Virus record (IMG/VR): IMGVR_UViG_3300045596_000094
Coordinates: 205,039 to 269,038 of that record
DNA: 64,000 bases
Source: a virus
Taxonomy: Duplodnaviria > Caudoviricetes
Strand: one strand, 5' to 3'
The first letter of the stretch is position 1; every line of letters starts with the position of its first letter. The position numbers and the translations under genes were made by a program. This document shows, piece by piece, positions 47,687 to 55,595 of this stretch. The notes beneath the pieces are model-generated. The model did not search any database. It saw nothing but the letters and a program-made list of their open reading frames with translations, and was not told where the DNA came from.

Positions 47687-48202
47687 TTATTTTAAATATT
47701 GTGTTAGATTTCTATTACCCAAAACAATAAAGAAAAGTACAACTGCTGGACTATAATCTATTTTTGTTGATAGCTTAGTAGTAATGATTTTATTGATCGC
47801 GAGTGTGTCTTCATCTACAGTCTGTGCTGGTAGAGAATCAAACCCTAGATCGGAATACTGTCTAAGTTCTTCAACTGCTGCTCTTAAAATAGTTACGTCA
47901 TTATAGTCTTTATGTCTAAGTTGATTTAGTAACTTTTGACTGAGATTAATTTCTTTCGTCATGAGTATTGGGTTCTTCCGTGCAACCACCAAAAGACGAA
48001 CTACGAAATCATACTGAATTAAACGACTGGCACATTTAATCCGTACTTCCTGACTGTCAAATTGTCTTACTTTAGATAAGACATAGTACAGAAAGAAATA
48101 ATTGCAAAATCGAGTCACGCCTTTCTGTAATACGAACTTCCAAACAAGCATAAACGCTACTATAACAGAAAGAGTAAAGATAAACCAATGGGGGACAGAC
48201 AT
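47687..48202 (-). CDS. Hypothetical membrane-anchored protein
   Basis: AGGAG RBS; N-terminal TM segment. Confidence 0.75.
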   Translation of the reverse strand: MSVPHWFIFTLSVIVAFMLVWKFVLQKGVTRFCNYFFLYYVLSKVRQFDSQEVRIKCASRLIQYDFVVRLLVVARKNPILMTKEINLSQKLLNQLRHKDYNDVTILRAAVEELRQYSDLGFDSLPAQTVDEDTLAINKIITTKLSTKIDYSPAVVLFFIVLGNRNLTQYLK

Positions 48203-48243
48203 AATCTAACTCCTATATCTTCATAGCAATAGTCGTATACTAT

Positions 48244-48385
48244 GAAGTTGTTGCCGCAAAGTTGTTGTTTGCGAGTTTATTCGAGGACACCCATGGTAGA
48301 CTCCAGACTATCATGGACTTACACTCACCCACACTTAGCATTTAGAGAGAGGATGCCTATGGTGTGGGTTATTTTTTATTTATGC
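48244..48385 (+). ncRNA. Candidate small structured RNA (~140 nt)
   Basis: Starts at a CTATG motif. Three hairpins: cgcaaa/tttgcg, ccatggtag/ctatcatgg, acccacac/gtgtgggt. Ends in a T-rich tail with TATGC. Confidence 0.45.
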
Positions 48386-48418
48386 CGTCAAATAAAAAAA
48401 AAGAATAGTAATATGTAA

Positions 48419-48448
48419 ATAGAGTATAGCCCTAGGGCTATACTCTAT
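48419..48448. terminator. Perfect CCTAGG palindrome
   Basis: atagagtatagccct|agggctatactctat; overlaps the stop of 48445..48672. Confidence 0.8.
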
Positions 48449-48672
48449 GGTATTTGTGCGCATTCTTTATCTACAATGGTTTTGATTCGATTATAATGAT
48501 CCCGATGAACTAGGGTCTGTCTAATCGGTTTAGCGAGAGTCATTAAATCTTCGATCTTTCGATCAGCTATTTCCTGGGGATATTGCTCACTCCATGCTTT
48601 ACAGAGATACTCAATCTTTTCATTGAGTATTCTGATATAAGCGTGTGATTGTTTAAGCATGAAAGTATTCAT
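48445..48672 (-). CDS. Small hypothetical early protein
   Basis: TAATG-coupled to the upstream gene. Confidence 0.7.
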   Translation of the reverse strand: MNTFMLKQSHAYIRILNEKIEYLCKAWSEQYPQEIADRKIEDLMTLAKPIRQTLVHRDHYNRIKTIVDKECAQIP

Positions 48673-48890
48673 TAGTAGTCCGTATATTTTGTTTGTTCTT
48701 GGGACGCTTTCTCAGCTTTATGCCAGTAAGCGAAGATTAAACCAGAAGCCGTTGAGATTGTAAGCCCAACGATTCTCATGATGTTGCTATAGGTAACCAG
48801 ATCAAAATGGATAGAAATGTTAGCGAATAAAACCAACATACCGAAAATAATAAGAGCCATTGCGATTGCTTTAGTGTTGTGTGCGTTCAT
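48672..48890 (-). CDS. Small two-TM membrane protein
   Basis: AAGGA RBS; two hydrophobic helices. Confidence 0.75.
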   Translation of the reverse strand: MNAHNTKAIAMALIIFGMLVLFANISIHFDLVTYSNIMRIVGLTISTASGLIFAYWHKAEKASQEQTKYTDY

Positions 48891-48972
48891 GATAATTTCC
48901 TTAAAGAGTATTGTATTTTAGTAAGAGGTGACATATGTTCGATGCCACTTGTAGGAGCACCGTTAGATTAGA

Positions 48973-49254
48973 TTATTCGTTAATGACGGTTTCAGCGTAA
49001 ATTTCCAGTTCTTCAACTGCCAGATCTATATCACTGAATTCCAAGATTGCAATTGGGTTTTGGTCTTCACCATACACTAAGATGTTTTGTTCATCGCGTA
49101 TGACAATCACAGAAACACCGTTGTCCAATTCAATATGATATTGTGTTTTGTGTTCATGTGCTTCAAAATATTCAGGTTGTTCCGAACTGATTTCGCAATC
49201 AAGATTATGTTCTAAAGAGATTATTGCGATTAATTGTTCAAGGTGAAGATGCAT
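48973..49254 (-). CDS. Small acidic early protein (start MHLHLEQ)
   Basis: Very Glu/Asp-rich; first gene after the early-promoter repeat. Confidence 0.7.
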   Translation of the reverse strand: MHLHLEQLIAIISLEHNLDCEISSEQPEYFEAHEHKTQYHIELDNGVSVIVIRDEQNILVYGEDQNPIAILEFSDIDLAVEELEIYAETVINE

Positions 49255-49348
49255 GTTAATGGGCCCATTTAAAAAGAGAGAGTGTTCTCTATAATATTTT
49301 AAAGCTGTAGCTGTAATAACAACTACCATAATGAGTGGGATGTTCTCC

Positions 49349-49391
49349 TCTACTCAAAATGATAGTGTATATTTGAAATAATTTTAATTGA
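49349..49391 (-). promoter_or_regulatory. Putative early promoter repeat
   Basis: ...gatagtgtatatttgaaataattttaattga, matching the 10681/52724/56667 copies. Confidence 0.7.
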
Positions 49392-49393
49392 GA

Positions 49394-49615
49394 TTATTTC
49401 GAAACCCTTCGATAATTCACACATTCATTTCCATTGGATGTGACGTTGTATTCGGAACAGGACCAATCTCGATCTGATAAGGTAATGGGTACACGATTAC
49501 CACCAGGGGTAGGCATACCGTAACGCGCACCAATGAATATTAGAAATGAAACAATAGACGTTACAACTAATAAAGATATCCACTGATGTTTTGATAACTG
49601 TTTTGTGGTTTTCAC
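49394..49615 (-). CDS. Small membrane-anchored protein with Cys pair
   Basis: AGGAG RBS with GTG start; TM segment; WSC...ECV. Confidence 0.7.
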   Translation of the reverse strand: MKTTKQLSKHQWISLLVVTSIVSFLIFIGARYGMPTPGGNRVPITLSDRDWSCSEYNVTSNGNECVNYRRVSK

Positions 49616-49809
49616 GTTAGTCTCCTTTTCTTTCTTTTACCTTCTGCTTGCCAGGGTTCTTTCTCAACCATAGAGTGAATGTTTTCATTCATGATTAAAG
49701 CCGCCCCCATACAGGAAGGCGACAATCTAGACAATTTATTCCGAAGTTTAGTCCGCGCTTTACTTGGGTTCTTTTTCTGCATCTTTCGTGTTTCAGCTCG
49801 ATAATTAAA

Positions 49810-49986
49810 TTACTCATCACTTACCCATTTCGTACAATAAACATTTACGTTAGCACCTACACGCTGTTCTTGTGTTGAAACACAAGCTGTAGGAGATTCA
49901 TTATTCTGATGGGTCGCCTTATACGACCCAATCAGTATTGCCGTCATAGCTGAAAAGCTAATGCTCGCTACCAATAATTTATTCAT
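49810..49986 (-). CDS. Small membrane-anchored protein with Cys pair (58 aa), below ORF-track cutoff
   Basis: MNKLLVASISFSAMTAILIGSYKATHQNNESPTACVSTQEQRVGANVNVYCTKWVSDE; AGGT RBS. Confidence 0.6.
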   Translation of the reverse strand: MNKLLVASISFSAMTAILIGSYKATHQNNESPTACVSTQEQRVGANVNVYCTKWVSDE

Positions 49987-50102
49987 TACAATAACCTAAT
50001 TCTTAGTTCATAGTAAGGAACATCCACTCAATAATAAATGCGTGTATCAGACAAGTCATGAGGAATATAGTTATACCGTTCAGATATGGTTCAGGTACAC
50101 GT

Positions 50103-50357
50103 TTAGCCATGTAGAGACCATCCCAATAATAAGCCAGCAACAAAGCATAAAACACTAAGCATAGCAATATGCCATCCTCGGTCAGAGAACAAGGCATCCG
50201 TATAGGTTTCTTTCTCTTCGATGACCAATGGTTCTTTTACAATAAATTTCACAGGTTTAAATTCCTTATCCTTTTCCATATGGTTACAGACCGGACAATC
50301 TTTCTTACATTTCATTTCTTTCCTTCCTCCATCGCTCAACCATGCGATTATTTTCAT
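50103..50357 (-). CDS. Small protein with CxxxCPVC motif and C-terminal TM segment
   Basis: GAGGA RBS; overlapping small-gene cluster. Confidence 0.55.
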   Translation of the reverse strand: MKIIAWLSDGGRKEMKCKKDCPVCNHMEKDKEFKPVKFIVKEPLVIEEKETYTDALFSDRGWHIAMLSVLCFVAGLLLGWSLHG

Positions 50358-50499
50358 AATCCTCTAATCTTCTTATTGCTGCAGCTTGTTCATTCAACAT
50401 GCGTCTTCTTAAAGCTCGAAATCTCTGATCTCTCAATACCTGCATTCTAACTTCATACCGGTATATCTCTATTTGTTTTTCTAGGGGTAACATATTCAA
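50305..50499 (-). CDS. Small Arg/Glu-rich helical protein
   Basis: GGAG RBS upstream; charged coiled-coil composition. Confidence 0.55.
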   Translation of the reverse strand: MNMLPLEKQIEIYRYEVRMQVLRDQRFRALRRRMLNEQAAAIRRLEDYENNRMVERWRKERNEM

Positions 50500-50729
50500 A
50501 TCTCCATTTAATCTATTTTCTAACGAATAGATTAAAGACTAAAGTATCTCTCTTATCTATTCAATAAGGATGGTTGTTACACAACACTACTGAAGGAGAT
50601 TAGATACTCTTAGTATCTAATGCTTAGTATATATTTAATAAAGCATAGGATGCCTAGAGGGAAAACCTTTAGTGGTTCTCTATACTACAGACATATTCAA
50701 TAAAAAATGAGAGCCGAAGCCCTCATCCC

Positions 50730-51254
50730 TTATTTCGATTCTTCTACGGGTATTGTCTTTGGCCAAGCAGCCAATACAAAATCTAATTCTGCGGAATAGT
50801 CTCGAGCGAGCTTAACCACTTCTGCTGTAAAGGCTGAGCATTCTGCAAGATTGTTTCCTGCGGTAATGGCGTACTGCGTTTTGGCGGCATCGGATAAGTT
50901 GGACACTTTATTGTTAAGGGTTGTGATGGTGTTGCGCAACCGCTCATTAGTAGCGAGATCAGCGCGATGCTGAATAAGGATTTCATTGATAGCTGCCTTA
51001 TGTTCTTGGTGTGCTTTATTGAGGTCTTCTTCGGCTTTACGAGAGAGTTCAGCATTGTTAGTATTCAGTTCATTGATCTTAGCTGCAGCGCCCGCTAGAG
51101 CGTCGCTATGCTCCTTCTGGAGTGATACTAAGTCATTCTTAGCCTTAACAGTTAGAACCTTCTCCGATTGCCATAGGAATGCAAATACACCTACAGCAAT
51201 CAATAGAACAAGAATCACCCCACCTACTATTTTAGCTTCGAGAGTTTTAAACAT
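50730..51254 (-). CDS. Inner-membrane spanin (Rz-like)
   Basis: N-terminal TM segment plus long periplasmic coiled coil; directly downstream of the endolysin; contains an embedded lipoprotein ORF. Confidence 0.85.
   Translation of the reverse strand: MFKTLEAKIVGGVILVLLIAVGVFAFLWQSEKVLTVKAKNDLVSLQKEHSDALAGAAAKINELNTNNAELSRKAEEDLNKAHQEHKAAINEILIQHRADLATNERLRNTITTLNNKVSNLSDAAKTQYAITAGNNLAECSAFTAEVVKLARDYSAELDFVLAAWPKTIPVEESK
50783..50986 (-). CDS. Outer-membrane spanin lipoprotein (Rz1-like), fully embedded in the i-spanin gene
   Basis: MKSLFSIALISLLMSG-C lipobox and Pro-rich mature region (CPTYPMPPKRSTPLP) in an alternate frame. Confidence 0.85.
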   Translation of the reverse strand: MKSLFSIALISLLMSGCATPSQPLTIKCPTYPMPPKRSTPLPQETILQNAQPLQQKWLSSLETIPQN

Positions 51255-51738
51255 TCTTGAACCCTACTGTTGTCTTACGGTTATGAATTGTGAGAAGTTG
51301 CCCACGTTTACGCCCATCTTGATGGGCTATGCCGAAATGGCACCATTTCGCACCACCGACTTTTTCATAAATAATTTGATCGAACTTAATGTTCTTACGT
51401 TTTACAAAATCTGCAACATAAAGACAGAACTCACGGACATTGCCGTTCTTATAAGCTGGGCAAACAATATCCACAGCTAACCCATGGCAGTGTGCAGAGG
51501 TAGTGGATGATCCGGGAATGGCTTTATTCAGAGCTTGAGAACGAAACCCTGAGTTGATACGTATCGGTAGCTTTATATCGTCACGCAATGGCTGTAGAAA
51601 GGTTTCAACTAATTGCTTGAGGTTAGCTAGCTCTTTCGCATTTGGCGCGTTAGAGATCCCCTTAGAGATCGCTGTATTTGAGTAGAGTAATTCACCAAGT
51701 GTGAAATTAGCACTGAGTTTTTGAGAGGTATCCATCAT
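51247..51738 (-). CDS. Endolysin, peptidase M15 family (zinc peptidase)
   Basis: LSANFTLGEL, INSGFRS, SAHCHGLAVDI, FDQIIYE, WCH; AGGAG RBS before 51738. Confidence 0.9.
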   Translation of the reverse strand: MMDTSQKLSANFTLGELLYSNTAISKGISNAPNAKELANLKQLVETFLQPLRDDIKLPIRINSGFRSQALNKAIPGSSTTSAHCHGLAVDIVCPAYKNGNVREFCLYVADFVKRKNIKFDQIIYEKVGGAKWCHFGIAHQDGRKRGQLLTIHNRKTTVGFKNV

Positions 51739-51786
51739 TAACTCCTGATGATATGAAAACTGTTTTATACCTGAAGGAACGCTAAT

Positions 51787-52203
51787 ATGCTTAAACCAGC
51801 AGTTGAACTTTACAATAACCTTTTCAAACAAGCTATTGACTGTAATACCGTCAAAGGATTTAAACATTGGGCGGAGATGACCACCGCACATGCTGAGCGT
51901 AGAATCATAGAATTGTTAAAACCGGGTAAACTGTACACCTATAATGGTCAGTTCATTGTAAAGCATTTTAACCGACTGTGTGTTATCTCTCTGAATAAGC
52001 AAAACCCGGCGATTAATGTTGGAACCGTGAGTTATTATGGCGCTGAACCTATTTTATTGGTAGAGGAAGACCGTAGAACTGTTCGTGTATCACTACCTTT
52101 CTCTCCAAAGCATATTTGTGGCGGGTACTATAAAGGGTGCGAGATTAAACGGATCTCAGATGCCTCAACTCTTAATCATATTCTCATGGGATTAAACGTG
52201 TGA
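51787..52203 (+). CDS. Hypothetical protein (138 aa)
   Basis: AAGGA RBS; divergent from the endolysin. Confidence 0.65.
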   Translation: MLKPAVELYNNLFKQAIDCNTVKGFKHWAEMTTAHAERRIIELLKPGKLYTYNGQFIVKHFNRLCVISLNKQNPAINVGTVSYYGAEPILLVEEDRRTVRVSLPFSPKHICGGYYKGCEIKRISDASTLNHILMGLNV

Positions 52204-52305
52204 AAAATAATTGTTTAACATTTGTTATGTAATTAAGTAATTTATTGAAAAATAAAAAAAGATTGTTGGTGAAAGCACCTCCCGAGGAAATGCTTTTTTT
52301 GTTAT

Positions 52306-52650
52306 TTAGTAGATGGCAAATCCATCCAAACCACTCGAACTATTGTAAAGTAGTTTACGATCTAACTTAGTTTCTAGTTTTTCACCGAAGTGATCTACCC
52401 CAACAGCACTGAGTAGCCAACTTAGTTGATGGTCAATTTCTTTAGCGTAATCGTCATCCGAAAGATTGCTCGTCTGATCCATGACAATATTCTTTTTGGT
52501 TGTTACCATAAGAGATTCAGGTCCGTGATAGTGGGAAACTATATTCGCCTCATTGTTCAATCTCAGGTTTCTATATTTACCTGGATATATTTTTTGATGT
52601 TCTTTATGTAAGTTTAGAATGTTGAGCTTAGTATCGCAAGAAATACACAT
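52306..52650 (-). CDS. Hypothetical early protein (start MCISCD)
   Basis: AAGGA RBS; has its own promoter repeat and terminator. Confidence 0.75.
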   Translation of the reverse strand: MCISCDTKLNILNLHKEHQKIYPGKYRNLRLNNEANIVSHYHGPESLMVTTKKNIVMDQTSNLSDDDYAKEIDHQLSWLLSAVGVDHFGEKLETKLDRKLLYNSSSGLDGFAIY

Positions 52651-52723
52651 ATGGTAATCCTTAAAAATTAAAATTAGTTTAAGGTAATGCTCGAACATTA
52701 CTTTAAACAAATAGAGCACATTC

Positions 52724-52766
52724 CCTATTCACTTAGGTAATGTGTATCTGAAATAATTTTAATTGA
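52724..52766 (-). promoter_or_regulatory. Putative early promoter, 43-bp repeat
   Basis: Identical to 10681..10723. Confidence 0.75.
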
Positions 52767-52808
52767 AACGGACTAGACTTATACAAGAATATCAAAGGTG
52801 AACGAATT

Positions 52809-52832
52809 CAGAGGAGTCTTCGGACTCCTCTG
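52809..52832 (+). terminator. Hairpin with UUCG loop
   Basis: cagaggagtc-TTCG-gactcctctg followed by tcttatgc. Confidence 0.7.
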
Positions 52833-52867
52833 TCTTATGCTGCCAAAATAAAAAAGTGACATAAAAC

Positions 52868-52897
52868 TAGAGTAGAGAGCCTAGGCTCTCTACTCTA
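52868..52897. terminator. Perfect CCTAGG palindrome
   Basis: tagagtagagagcct|aggctctctactcta. Confidence 0.8.
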
Positions 52898-52909
52898 CAA
52901 TAGGTATGT

Positions 52910-53161
52910 TTACTCTTTCTTGGTTGCAGAGGGTAAAACCTCAATTGGTTTTAAGCCTTGCTGATTGGTATTGCGAAGAATTACTGTTGCGATGTTTGTA
53001 ATCATTAAGATCATACCCGCTGTTTCAACACCAAAGATATCGGTAAGGATTTGCTGATTACCAGTAATCCATGAAGCAAGATATAATCCAGCAGTCACAA
53101 GGAATAACCCTAAGTTAAAAGTTACAACACTAGAGTTAATCTTTAAGCGCCAGATTTTCAT
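52910..53161 (-). CDS. Candidate holin (two TM segments, charged C-terminus)
   Basis: 83 aa, two hydrophobic helices, AGGAG RBS, ~1.2 kb upstream of the endolysin/spanins on the same strand. Confidence 0.55.
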   Translation of the reverse strand: MKIWRLKINSSVVTFNLGLFLVTAGLYLASWITGNQQILTDIFGVETAGMILMITNIATVILRNTNQQGLKPIEVLPSATKKE

Positions 53162-53214
53162 GAGTTTCTCCTAGAGAGGTTTATAGATTCACATAGAATT
53201 AACTCATACCCACA

Positions 53215-53808
53215 TTAAGCTACAGAATAAATCCAACCATGTGTTGGAACAGCCACACGACGACGAACTTCTATCTTGGGGTTTTGTGTTTCGTTACGGA
53301 TATCCACATAACGTTTACCATGACTTTGTAGCGGTACTGCAGTTGCGATCGTTACATCCAGGTCAGTAAATAATTCTTCAACGATTTCGAGGAAGTTGGA
53401 TGTACGAATACCAGTGATACGGTTTGTTGAGATATTCGGAAGTACAACCGATTTCATTCCTTGCTCCCGCATGGCATCGGCTACATTAGCAAGAATAGAT
53501 CTTAGTGCGGCACGATTCAGATTGTTGTTCACATGGGTGTGTTGAGCAACTACAGCAGCAATAAATACACGTGCCCCTAACATACTGTAACCGTGGTTGT
53601 GTGGGCGATAAAGTCTACGCCCACTATATGTTTCTGTCGACTGAATCCCCGAGAGAGCCTGATCAAATAGATGTTTTTCGTTGAAGTAAATATCACGACT
53701 AAAGCCATCAACAGTTGTTCCGTAATTATTTACCCAGATCAAAGTCACATCTGGTTTAATAAGTTGCGTTACATCTGAAGTGTTGTTGGCTTGCATAATA
53801 GTAATCAT
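53215..53808 (-). CDS. Degenerate macrodomain-like protein
   Basis: ALRSILANVADAMREQGMKSVVLPNIST...FLEIVEELF matches the C-terminal half of macro folds, but the canonical GGG loop is missing. Confidence 0.5.
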   Translation of the reverse strand: MITIMQANNTSDVTQLIKPDVTLIWVNNYGTTVDGFSRDIYFNEKHLFDQALSGIQSTETYSGRRLYRPHNHGYSMLGARVFIAAVVAQHTHVNNNLNRAALRSILANVADAMREQGMKSVVLPNISTNRITGIRTSNFLEIVEELFTDLDVTIATAVPLQSHGKRYVDIRNETQNPKIEVRRRVAVPTHGWIYSVA

Positions 53809-53832
53809 AATCTTTATCCTATTTCAATTCAA

Positions 53833-54255
53833 TTAAATGTTTTCTTTTAAGAAGATGTAGATCTCGTCTACAGTCAATTCTCTACGTAAATTACTTGGTG
53901 CTTTGGTAGCGGTTTTCGCAATGATTTCAAATACCTTCACAATAGCCGCTTTTGGCTCATCAGCTAAACTAACAGATGGAGCTATTCGAGCATACGCCTC
54001 AGTGATGAAGCAGACATCGCATTCTCTTAAATAGAAATGGCGACTTCTGAAGGCTTTGAATACTTTATCAATATTGTCTCTAAAGAGAATCCGTTCACGA
54101 TCGGTAAGTTCCGTTAGAATATTACCCAACGTAAAACTTAATGCGGTTAGGTCGGTTGGATGTCTTGATTTTAAACGTCCGTATAAGAACGCAACAATTT
54201 TACCACGGAACATAATCACCAGGATAATGAGCGTGAGGGCTAATAAAAACGGCAT
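53833..54255 (-). CDS. Membrane-anchored hypothetical protein
   Basis: AGGAG RBS; N-terminal TM segment. Confidence 0.7.
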   Translation of the reverse strand: MPFLLALTLIILVIMFRGKIVAFLYGRLKSRHPTDLTALSFTLGNILTELTDRERILFRDNIDKVFKAFRSRHFYLRECDVCFITEAYARIAPSVSLADEPKAAIVKVFEIIAKTATKAPSNLRRELTVDEIYIFLKENI

Positions 54256-54353
54256 GATGAACTCCTAAGGGTATAATTTAGATTTAATAAGGGAGAAAAA
54301 GAAAGGTGGCTGGTTACAAGAGCTAACCTTTACAGATTAGCCCCTGTGGTTGA

Positions 54354-54947
54354 TTAAAACGCTGGCGAGCGATTCATTTTAGGCATCCATAAAGCTTGCA
54401 TTTTATTCGACAACATTCCGTTTTCATAGACTGCTAATTCGATAAGATCAACAAAGTTTTCCATGATGAAACTGTGATCGAACTCTTTACGAATTTCTTC
54501 CAGTTTATCTAAATCAATCAATCCACCGTTCATGATGGTGATCGCACTGAAAATCATATCGAGATTGCGAAATTGCTTTAATTCGATATTATTCCACAAC
54601 ATGGTGTTAAAGCAAGTATTCAACAAGTATTGTTGATTACCCTGGTTCTGCCCTGACACCATGACCGCATATGTTAGAACTTGCAAAACAGGGTTGTTAT
54701 GATTAAGCGGATTGACCAGAATGCGGATATCGCTCAAGATTTCAGGACTAAATCCAGGCTGTTCGCTAAGACGCTTTTTCAGGGCATTCATTTCTTCCTG
54801 TTTTTTATTCATAGCTTCTGTTAACCCATTAACATCGGGGTGATTCTCTACACCGCCTAGATAAGCTAATTGGTCTAAAGTATAAATACCGCCCGCTTGT
54901 GTTGGGGTTGATGGTTTTTCGCTTGCATTATTACGAGTAACTGGCAT
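54354..54947 (-). CDS. Hypothetical protein (197 aa)
   Basis: AGGA RBS. Confidence 0.75.
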   Translation of the reverse strand: MPVTRNNASEKPSTPTQAGGIYTLDQLAYLGGVENHPDVNGLTEAMNKKQEEMNALKKRLSEQPGFSPEILSDIRILVNPLNHNNPVLQVLTYAVMVSGQNQGNQQYLLNTCFNTMLWNNIELKQFRNLDMIFSAITIMNGGLIDLDKLEEIRKEFDHSFIMENFVDLIELAVYENGMLSNKMQALWMPKMNRSPAF

Positions 54948-55015
54948 GAGGTTGATTCCTATAAAAGAGATGGCATAAAAGAGTCTAGCCTATTTCAGGC
55001 TAGACTAAGAGAGGA

Positions 55016-55336
55016 TTAAAGGTTTAACGGAGTTTGGTAATCTTGATCTTCAACATCTGACCCTAACATATCTAGGTCGATATCGGTTGAATCATCATAG
55101 CCGAAGAGAGCCATACCCTCTACAGCGCGTTGCTGTTGAATGCGACCGATAATCGCACCTTCCAGATCGGTGATTGTGAGTCCAGCAGTTGTCACACCAT
55201 CATGGGAGACTGTGGTTTCTAGTGTTCCAGCATTAAGACCATCCACAACCATATCGGGGGTCCAACCTGCTTTAGTGATTAAGATCTTCTGGCGCATTTT
55301 ACCTGATACGTTGAAATCGGCGATAAAACTATTCAT
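55016..55336 (-). CDS. Hypothetical protein, acidic tail
   Basis: AAGGA RBS; downstream hairpin agtctagcct/aggctagact. Confidence 0.75.
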   Translation of the reverse strand: MNSFIADFNVSGKMRQKILITKAGWTPDMVVDGLNAGTLETTVSHDGVTTAGLTITDLEGAIIGRIQQQRAVEGMALFGYDDSTDIDLDMLGSDVEDQDYQTPLNL

Positions 55337-55352
55337 GAGAGAGGTTTCCTTA

Positions 55353-55583
55353 TTAAATCAGTTGAAGTTCTACAAACATTCCTTCGCATTTAGCGTAGGC
55401 TTTCTTGCCACGTTTTATTGATACGTTGGTCAAGTCTTTTCCTTTAAACGCACCAGCGTGACGCTTAAGGGATTTCAATAGCGCTGCTTCTTTTGCAGCG
55501 GCTTTTTCTTTAGCACGTTCGATATGCCAAACTGTACGTAATTCAGAAAGGGTGATGTTGTTTACTTTACGAGTATTTTTCAT
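55353..55583 (-). CDS. Small basic protein
   Basis: Lys/Arg-rich, 76 aa. Confidence 0.7.
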   Translation of the reverse strand: MKNTRKVNNITLSELRTVWHIERAKEKAAAKEAALLKSLKRHAGAFKGKDLTNVSIKRGKKAYAKCEGMFVELQLI

Positions 55584-55595
55584 GGGTTTATTTCA

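Noticed and set aside
51739-51891. N-terminal extension (SAR or signal) on the endolysin
   Set aside because: A strong AGGAG RBS precedes Met at 51738. The extension overlaps the divergent gene and is not hydrophobic.
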